NCBI GenBank assembly: GCA_951406725.2
Contig: OX597822.1
Coordinates: 27,156,001 to 27,220,000 of the forward strand
Source of the DNA: Octopus vulgaris
Lineage: Eukaryota
Direction: 5' to 3'
DNA: 64,000 bases
Shown: piece after piece, positions 54,595 through 64,000 of the stretch
Layout: every line of letters begins with the position of its first letter
How positions within the stretch are numbered: the stretch's first letter is position 1
Position numbers and translations under genes: made by a program
Notes under the pieces: generated by a model
Told to the model about the DNA's origin: nothing
The model's database searches: none
What the model saw: the letters and a program-made list of their open reading frames with translations, nothing else

Positions 54595-55511
54595 TGTATG
54601 TATGTATGTATGTACACGGGTGTGTGCGTGTGTCTTTGAGTGTGTAAGTGAAAATGTTATACAAAGCATTATCTTAATCTAATGTTTCAAGCACCTACAT
54701 TTGTAGTTGCTATGTTATGTACAAGTGGTGGGGGATAAGCAGAGGGAGTAGCACTGAGCTTTCCAAAGTATTCTGATCCTTCCTGAGATTCTGTGACAAA
54801 TTACCGCAGGTAATACCCAGAAGTCAATAAAGATTAGAGAAATAAAAACAGAAATAAAATTTCTGTGACATTATTACAACCAACCATTGTGGAATAGCTT
54901 TTAACATTTGCAAATAGTTTCCCACGTGTTAAAGTAAAAAAATACCGAAGAATGGAAAATACGCTTGTCGTTATTAAAAACAAATAAAAAACGAAAATTT
55001 TATTTCGGAACTGAGACTTTTCGAAGTAAAACTTTCGCTGCGTTGTTCTCAGCTTTGCTTAATACGAAACCGCAAGAGACCCTGTGCCTGTATAAGAAAT
55101 CAATATGGAACTGCAAGAGGGGAATTCCAATAGAAAATCTAGTTTTCGATACGACCTTTAGAATTATTGATTTTTCGTTGGTAGAAATCGATAGAAGTTT
55201 AGTGTTCACCCGTCGCTGATTCAATAGAATTTCATGCTTTATGTAACTGTTGATGTTGCTGCTGATGCTGTTGTTGTTGTTGTTGTTGTCAGTGGTGGAG
55301 AAGGTCGTGGTGGTGGTGGTGTTGTTGTTACATTTTTTTGTTGTTGTTATATTTCTATTCCGTTACTGTTGCGAGTCTGCAATACGTTTTAATTATTTTT
55401 TGTTAATTTGTTATTTTATAAAGTTTTTGATACAAGATCTCGACGCGAATGTCTGTAAATACATGCAATATCTGTACACAAAAGCATATGTATGTATATA
55501 TGTACGTATGC

Positions 55512-55582
<71 letters not shown>

Positions 55583-55592
55583 GTGATCTATC

Positions 55593-55624
<32 letters not shown>

Positions 55625-56014
55625 TGTATGTATGTATGTATGTATGTATGTATGTATGTGCGTTTGTATTATAACTTCAATGAAAATTATTTTGTGGTTT
55701 CGCTGAATGTGTGACATTTAAACTTATTGAAGCTATTGTCAATAAAATGAGCCGTTAATTCTGTAAATATTCAGTTTTTATGTGTTCAAACACACGCAAT
55801 ATTAATCATATATATTTATACATACATAAATACATAATACATACATACATATAAACAGACAGATAGACAGATATTATTATTCAATAATCTTTCCATTGCT
55901 TTGCTGAAGATACACATTTCCTAATTTATCAGATATGTGTGTGGGCGTGTATGATTTTGATTTTTGATTTTTCCAGTTTCAGCTAATGAGCTGTGGCCAT
56001 GCTGGGGCACCGCC

Positions 56015-56062
<48 letters not shown>

Positions 56063-56065
<3 letters not shown>

Positions 56066-56250
56066 TCTTTACTCTTTTACTCTTTTACTTGTTTCAGTCA
56101 TTTGACTGCGGCCTTGCTGGAGCACCGCCTTTAGTCGAGCAAATCGACCCCGGGACTTATTCTTTGTAAGCCCAGTACTTATTCTATCGGTCTCTTTTTG
56201 CCGAACCGCTAAGTGACGGGGACGTAAACACGGGGGACAAACACAGACAC

Positions 56251-56285
<35 letters not shown>

Positions 56286-56454
56286 CATATATACGACGGG
56301 CTTCTTTCAGTTTCCGTCTACCAAATCCACTCACAAGGCATTGGTCGGCCCGGGGCTATAGCAGAAGACACTTACCCAAGATGTCACGCAGTGGGACTGA
56401 ACCCGGAACCATGTGGTCGTTTAGCAAGCTACTTACCACACAGCCACTCCTGCG

Positions 56455-56458
<4 letters not shown>
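56063..56458 (-). mobile_element. Family-B SINE
   Basis: Full match; (aaaagagt)n tail. Confidence 0.95.
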
Positions 56459-56502
<44 letters not shown>

Positions 56503-56537
56503 TAGATAGATAGATAGATGATAGATAGATATAGATA

Positions 56538-56900
56538 TTTGTTTCGGTCATTTGACTACGGCCGTGCTGGAGCACCCCTTTAGTCGAACAAATCGACCCC
56601 AGGACTTATTCTTTGTAAGCCTAGTACTTATTCTATAGGTCTCTTTTGCCGAACCGCTAAGTAACGGGGACGTAACATACCAACATCGCTTGTCAAGCGA
56701 TGCAGGGGGCGGGACGGACAAACACAGACACACAAAGGTATATATATAAGACAGGCTTTCAGTTTACGTTTACCAAATCCACTTACAAGGCTTTGGTCGT
56801 CCTGGGGCTATAGTAGAAGACACCTGCCCAAGTTACTACGCAGTGGGACTGAACCCGGAACTGTGTGGTTGGTAAGCAAGTTACTTACCGCACAGCCACT
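56538..56900 (-). mobile_element. Family-B SINE
   Basis: Second adjacent copy. Confidence 0.92.
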
Positions 56901-57189
56901 ATGTATGTATATATAGGTTCGAAATCTTGGCACAAGGCCCTCAATTCTAGGGAAAGGGTTGAGTCGATCAAATTGACCCCCAGTGATCCTAGTGACCCCA
57001 AATGTATGAAAGTTAAAGTTGGCCTCGGATAAAGTGCCGCTGACCAATTTGCCCCGTGTGTTAACTATTCTGCTGCCTTTTAATTTACATTATATTATTT
57101 CAGATACTATTGTTGCTACTCACCTGGTTTCCTTGTAAATTTAGATTATGGTTAATGCAAAAGTCATTGCCAATATTATAATTAATATT

Positions 57190-57580
57190 CAAGGCGTCTA
57201 GCTGACCGAATTTTTAGCACGCCGGGCAAAATGCTTTCGTGGTCGATAAAATAAGTACCAGTTAAGCGCTGGGGTCGATTAATCGACTTACCCCCCCCCC
57301 CCCCCCCGATATTGTTGGTCTTGTGCAAATATTTGAAATCTACTTTTTTAGTTAATATTGAAGGCGGTGAGCTGGCAGGTTCACCAGCCTGTCGGGTAAA
57401 ATGTATATCGGTATTTCGTCCGTCTTCGTGTTCTGAGTTCAAATTCTGCGAGGTCGACTTTTTTTATTTTCATACTTTCGGGCTGGATAAAATAAGTACC
57501 ATTTGAACCCTGGGATCGATATAATTGACCAACCCCATTTCCCAAACTTGTTAGCCGTCTGATAAAATTTGAAACCAATA
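57190..57580 (+). mobile_element. Two tandem degenerate family-A SINEs
   Basis: aaggcg...tagcacgccgggcaaaatgc and aaggcggtgagctggcag...gagttcaaattc. Confidence 0.75.
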
Positions 57581-57768
57581 TTATAATTAATATTTATCAT
57601 CCTACTGGGTTCATTATGGTCATCAGCGGCCGAATCTATGTTTATATGGACTATTCTGTACTCCTCTGTGTATCTGTGTCTGCCCGCCCACCATCGCTTG
57701 ATAACCGATGTTGGTGGGTTAACGATCCCATAACTTAGCGGTTCAGCAAAAGAGACCAATAGAATAAG

Positions 57769-57803
<35 letters not shown>

Positions 57804-57901
57804 AAACAAAAAAAAAACAGAGAAAAAAGACAGGGGAAAAACAACAACGTGGGGACATGGTACATGCAAAGTACTAATAAGACGCTCAAGGAAAGAAATG
57901 A

Positions 57902-57939
57902 TGTTTTACGTTTCGAGGCAAAACTCTTCTTCAGAAACA
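57902..57939 (-). ncRNA. Minimal type-I hammerhead motif
   Basis: Minus strand: tgttt CTGAAGA a gag ttttgc ctc GAAAC GTA aaaca; intact core, stem III reduced to ACGT. Confidence 0.72.
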
Positions 57940-58006
57940 GGAGTCAGAGGAAAGTCCAAAAGAAAAGGAAGACGGAGGACAGAAATCGCCAACAATCCAT
58001 ATGTAG

Positions 58007-58060
<54 letters not shown>

Positions 58061-58334
58061 GCGAACATATACATGCATGTATTATAATTTTTTCACTAGC
58101 TTGACTTACGTGCTTTAGGATTTTACCTAAACGATAGCAGAAAGCAGAAAACTCGCGTAGGAGTGAAATACTTAGTTTCAACGTATGTGCAAACTGTTCA
58201 GCGCGTATTGCGAACAATTTTCTTGCATCAGCAACATTTAAACGTTTGCCAGGGCACAAGTACTTGTAATAAACCCCATTCTCTTTCCCGTCTACGTGCA
58301 CACACACACACACACACATACATATAAATATATA

Positions 58335-58504
58335 TACATATATACGACAGGCTTCTTTCAGTTTCCGTCTACCAAATCCACTCACAAAGCTTTGGTCAGC
58401 CTGAGGCTATAGCAGAAGACACTTGCCCAAGATGCCACGCATCTGAACCCAGAACCATGTGGTTGGTTAGCAAGCTACTTACCACACAGTCACACCTGCG
58501 CCTA
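58335..58504 (-). mobile_element. Family-B SINE 5' half
   Basis: cgacaggcttctttcagtttccgtctacc...cctgcgccta. Confidence 0.92.
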
Positions 58505-58685
58505 TATATATATATGCGTATATGCTTTTATGCATGTGTGTATGTTTGTAGATGTGTACGAATGAGTAATTTCTTTGTCTATGATAAATTACTTATGAAC
58601 ATCTGATCTTACAATATTAATATTTTCAAGATATTTATAGACAGAAAGAACAAAAAATCTATAAAATTGCTTTGCAGAGATGACG

Positions 58686-58925
58686 TCAAACATCTTCAAC
58701 TGCAACTGGTGTTGTAAATGTTAGTGTTGCTGGATTTGACGTTGTTGGCTGTACTTTTGATGAAATTGTTATGTTGTTTATCGTTAACCGAGATCTCATC
58801 CGATCTAGAAGATTTGTTTCAATGCACAAGTCAATCGAAATCTTGGCGCTGATTCCACAGTTGCTTGTTCCTGTATTCTGGCGAGCCTTGGGAGCCATAT
58901 ATCTACAGAAGCTACTGACTCGTAT
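58686..58925 (-). CDS. Candidate terminal coding exon of an unidentified gene
   Basis: Acceptor caattttcacaattttatatctag| (AG at 58927-58926), then an open non-repetitive frame IRVSSFCRYMAPKARQ...TPVAVEDV*. Confidence 0.3.
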   Translation of the reverse strand: MRVSSFCRYMAPKARQNTGTSNCGISAKISIDLCIETNLLDRMRSRLTINNITISSKVQPTTSNPATLTFTTPVAVEDV

Positions 58926-59212
58926 CTAGATATAAAATTGTGAAAATTGAATGCCTTTAGACTACGGCCATGCCGGAGCATCATCTTTAAGTGTTTTATT
59001 CGATAGCATCCCAACGATCCATAATGAGATTTTCACACGGCTTTAAGTCATTCTATTTCTCGGACATAAATGAAATAAGCGCAAACAACAGTTTTTAGAT
59101 GGGCGAATGTGTGCGTGTGTTTACGATTGTTGGCGCGCGCGTGTGTGCGTGCGTATGAACAGGTTGCCGTTATCCGTGATCGGGTATGGCTTAGTAATAT
59201 ATATATATGTAT

Positions 59213-59310
<98 letters not shown>

Positions 59311-60786
59311 ACACAACGCTGCTTTCGCTAATTGTTTTAGGTGCCTTTATAATCACGGAATGATATTGATACCCTCTCATATTTTTTACTCTTGGCACAT
59401 TCAGGATGTGACATGTAGATGGAGGGGGAGCTGCCTTAGTGACCCCTTGGGTACATATTTACAGCTGAAGAGACTGATCTAGCGTGTAATAAAGCGCCTT
59501 GCACAAAGAAACAACTCGCTACCTCGTTTCGAAATTGAACCTACGATTCTATTAAAGACCTGTAGGTACGCAGTACTTCATTATGCAAATACAAGGTACT
59601 ATAAGGTACTCTAAATGTTTTCATAAGTCAGTACCACTTTCTATTGCATCAACAGTGCTCTTACATTATTCTGTTAAGGTTATTTCTACTGATTTTTGTT
59701 ACAACGTTTCGACCACATTGTTAATCACCTCCGACGTCTCCATACAAAACGTTGTAGCAAAAAATCAATGATGGCTATAAGATCTATAGAATATATGTAG
59801 AGATAACTTTACCTACGACTTTATGTTCATGAATCGAACACCCTAACCAGTAAGCATTACACCATCATGCACAGCCAGATATACAGACACACATATGCAT
59901 ATAGCTTTGGATAAAACTAACGCTATGGTAGAAGGTCACATTTGCCAAAGGTGTTCTGCAATGGAACCCGGAACCAATTTTTTAACTATGCCTATATAAT
60001 CGTGCTTGAAAAATAGATAAACGATACGTTATGAATTATCGAAAATATGTCACCTTACAGTCCAGTGATTATATTCAGAATTGAGTATGAAGTGAGAGCG
60101 CTTAGATAAATCAGACATTTTAGAAAATCCGTGTGCCTAATATGATTTCTTGTTGCAAAAACACTAAGCAGAAACGAATATCTTTACACTATGGTTATAG
60201 TGATATGAAATATTCTGGCAAAAGAGGGGGGGGATGACTGACATTTAAATATCAATTGAAGACAACACTTCCTCGTTCATCATATCACAGGTATAATAAT
60301 AATGCAAAAGAAAGGAAGACAGCAAGGTTAAAAATTTAAAGGAACCATTATACAAGACTCACTTTAAGATATATGATACATTCTGAATGGTATATAAATC
60401 GAAGTGATTGCTTGGTGCTTGCCTCTAAGCAACTTTAACCCCAGGGACATGAAATATTAAAATTCCATCAGTCTTCAGCAACACGATACATTCCGAGAGC
60501 AGTAAACTTTCGCACTGTCTTAATTCAATAGACAAACTCCTTTATAAATATTTTATCGTAAGTATTTGTAAGATATTAAATCTGATATACTACAAATACA
60601 AGCGATATGTAGTGCCCACAAAGTTTTGACCTCTTAGGCATAAAACCAGTAAATTAAACCGCATTACCTGCTGGAAATTCACTATATTTCTAAAAGAAAT
60701 TAGAGAATGTTTTCTCTGTATAGTGTATTACTTAAGTATTATCATTACACGTCAAGACACGTTAACAGTGTGTCAGTAATATTCAC

Positions 60787-60928
60787 ATCACCAACATTAA
60801 CAAAAGCGCACATTTGTATTATCTTAGTGGATACACTTGCTGTATTGATAATGTTAACAAAGACAGCAATGCCTTTCATCTTATTGTATGGGGGAGAGGT
60901 GAATGGTTTGTCGACATGATAACTTGCG
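60787..60928 (-). CDS. Candidate internal exon, possibly upstream of 58686-58925
   Basis: Polypyrimidine acceptor ...tttctattacttccaatctaag|, open frame ASYHVDKPFTSPPYNKMKG...NVGD, possible phase-0 donor gtgaat at 60786-60781. Confidence 0.2.
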
Positions 60929-61639
60929 CTTAGATTGGAAGTAATAGAAAGTAACACGAATGTAAAACAACAAACACATGTTCCTATGTATATACTTACG
61001 TACGTACGTAGGCATGTATGTATGTATTTTCTGCGTTGGTCGGCCTTTTTTTTACATAGTTTTAAGCATGTCTAGATGTGTTTGAAAGCTTGTACATTCT
61101 AGTGCACATACATGCTTGCAGCCTAGAAGTTTGTAAATGTAAATCTCTATCTAAGTAATGGGTATTCAATCCACGAACGCGTGTCAAACAAAGGTCTGTG
61201 CGTGTCCACCGGTTTGTAAGTTTGAATGACTCTTGTGTTAGAGACGTATATATCCTATTAAATGTATTTTACTTGTTTACGTTACAACTTTCGTTAGTCT
61301 TTCAAAGAGTAGATCTAGTCTTACAAACAACAATACCAAATCCTTCAACCCGTTATTGTTTGAATGGTCTGAGAAATATTGCAAAGATTTGTTAATGAAA
61401 CGAAATAACCGTCATATGTTAATTGATGCTTTTGTGAATGTATTACCGATTGTGTTCTTATTTATGTTTGCATACATCTGTAATTTAGTATGTCTACCAT
61501 ATTAGAAAATATTCACATGTGGGTGTTTGTATGTATTAGTTACATATAGTACATCAGTGTGTGTGTATGCGTGTGTGTGAGAATGTGTGCGTCTATGAGT
61601 ATGCGTGTGTGCGTATGCATGTGGGAAGACAGAATATCT

Positions 61640-61990
61640 TGGTACTTAATTTATAGACCCAGAAAGGATGAAAGGCAAAGTCGACCTCGGCGGAATTACG
61701 CACTGGTGTGGATGTGATTGACTTAATCCCATTGTCTGTCCTTGTTTGTCCCCTCTATGTTTAGCCCCTTCTGGGCAATAAAGAAATAAGAAACGTTAGC
61801 GCGAAGGGCAAAATGCTTAGCGGTATTTCTTCTGTCTTTACGTTCTTAGTTCAAATTCCGCCGATGTTGACATTGCCTTTCATCCTTTTCGGGGTCGATA
61901 AATTAAGCACCAGCTGCGTACTGGGGTCGAACTAATCGACTGGCTCCCTCCCGCCAAATTTCGGGCCTTGTGCCTAGAGTAGAAAAGATT
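61640..61990 (+). mobile_element. Rearranged family-A SINE tandem with a 5' inverted segment (61640-61697)
   Basis: Minus-strand core piece joined to plus-strand tail, then a second unit. Confidence 0.85.
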
Positions 61991-62802
61991 ACAATTAATT
62001 TTAATGATTACTTGAAAAGTGCCATGTTTGAAAATAATTTGCTCACTTCGATGAAGACAATAAAAATACGCAGAATGAATTTTGTGACAACTAGCATATG
62101 TTTGTCTCTTATTTTGTTATTCAGTGTATTAACAAAATTCTACTCCAAAATAAACTTCATTAAAACTCAATTAAAATAAATTAAATATTAAAAAAAAAAA
62201 AACTTCTGTCATAATTAAACGGAACAATCAGCGACATATCTCATTTCACTTGTCATATTTTATTTTATTTTATTTTATTATTTTTTGCTTTTCACAAATT
62301 TATTGTAGGAACCGCTGCGACCGTTGAGCAGTAAATTTGATAAAGAAAATGTCATCTATGCAGCTAAGGCTAATACACATTGTACACAGAATGATAAGAG
62401 AGAATTAGATAAATTGCAGGGGAGACTTAAAAAAGAGAATAAAAGTCATAAACGTGACTAAAAGTCCACTGAATAAACCAGATATTGATTGTTAATTTAT
62501 GTCTTTAAAAAACAAATGTCTTTTTTAAATATAATTTATTGGCAGTCGCAGCTGGCAAATGTTAAAACGTAACATTATACCGACCAAAGTGTCAATGATT
62601 CATATTCTTTAACCAATATTGCTCTGCTTTTTTGAACACTAAGTAGCAGAGACCAAACTGGAATTATAAAGTGAGGTTTAAACAATAGGCAGCGGGAGCA
62701 CTACGTTATGAACGTGAGAGTTTACATATGACTAATTTGAATTATCAATCGTTCGTGTAATTTTATCGAGATTCCAGTGAATTTAATTTCATGTTATTAG
62801 AA

Positions 62803-63147
62803 GGTACTTAAATCTTAAAAGCACAAGCAATTAACCGTGAGTATATTCCTTGGGAAATTGTGGCTCGTCGCTATAAATTGTAGGGGAGTTGCTATATGTA
62901 CCAGTGTAGTTATTTACAACTATAAGCAGCGAGGAAGCTTTGTCATGAACGGCCGAAGTCGCTTGTCGTTGATTTGAAATGTCAGTAGATAGAATAGTTT
63001 CATTAGGATTGTAGAAATGATTTCCATTAAATTTTTGCAGATACTTAACTCTTGGTAACACTTCTACCTCTAGTCATGAGCGTATTCCTTTGGAAGCTGT
63101 GGCTAACCGCTTTTAACAGGAGGAGGATTGTTATATGTACGAGTGTT
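62803..63147. repeat. Old diverged direct duplication, period about 239 bp
   Basis: tgagtatattccttgggaaattgtggct...ttgctatatgtaccagtgt versus tgagcgtattcctttggaagctgtggct...ttgttatatgtacgagtgt. Confidence 0.75.
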
Positions 63148-64000
63148 TCGATGGATTGCAGCTCTGATATAAAATAATATTGACGAATGTTAGCATTTAA
63201 TAATGAGCTCAAAGCAAGATTGGTGTCACTAAGAATATATCTCAAACCTCCTCCTAATTCCATATTTCTTTAACATAATGATGAACGCAAATTCTGTCCG
63301 TGAGAAACACTACTAAAACGATTCGGTTGCCAGTCGCATTGAAAATTTTACAAGTGAAGAAAATTACTCAGAATTTCACTCTTAAGTGATTATTTTAAAA
63401 CCCCCCAAAAAAATGTGACAGTGGTGATGATAAGATAATGATGATGACGACGATGGAGGTGGTGATGGTGGTGAGGATGATGATGATGTGACAAAATGGA
63501 AATATGATGATGCATATTTCTTGAGTGTCATGTGAAACAAGTGGATACTTTAGGTTCATTCTTTCAATTTATACGCTTAACTTCATAGTACCAAATAATT
63601 CATAATTTATATGAATGTATTTCTGAAAATTCTGGAGAAAATATAAAGAAAAATGCCTCGCCAAAATTAATTATGATGAATCCTGTGGAAAACCTATGCA
63701 TCTTGTTGTTGTGTATGCATGCCTGTATGTATGTATGTACGTATGTACTATGTATGTATGTATGTATGTATATATAATAGAATGTATGTGCGTGTGTAAG
63801 TCATTTAGGGTTCGTGACTTTCTTGTTTATTTAAATCAAAAGCTGTTTGGACAAGGAAAAGTAAAGAAGTGTCATAAAGCTTCAAGTAAAATTTTAAATA
63901 TTGCATTCAAGAAACAAAACAAAAAAAAAGATAGAAAAGAAAAAGGGAAAAGAACCCTCAATGAATCAACGGAAAATACGAGATATTCGAAAGAATAAAA

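Noticed and set aside
57291-57307. C17 run (possible G-quadruplex on the minus strand)
   Set aside because: It is an expansion of the C-rich spacer inside a SINE tail

Overview
AT-rich, microsatellite-dense, mostly non-coding eukaryotic DNA. The repeat families look like those of octopus/cephalopod genomes (recognised by eye, not by database search). No complete gene is supported, and most long ORFs in the track are translations of (TA)n/(CA)n/(TACA)n/(GA)n/(AAT)n tracts. The window holds about 45 copies or fragments of 4-5 tRNA-headed SINE families (working labels A-E), four LINE 3' fragments (three RTE-like, one CR1/L2-like), a non-autonomous Helitron, a hAT MITE, a mariner-derived MITE, and three weak candidate minus-strand exons. 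The most notable signal is a dozen or so type-I hammerhead-ribozyme motifs (CUGANGA...GAAA...NUH with a very short, usually palindromic stem III). Six have intact catalytic cores. They belong to several unrelated repeat sequences, and several sit in fold-back (inverted) structures next to microsatellites, which is the architecture of Penelope-like element (PLE) termini and retrozymes. One forms the 3' end of a tRNA-headed SINE-like element bracketed by a 14-bp target duplication.
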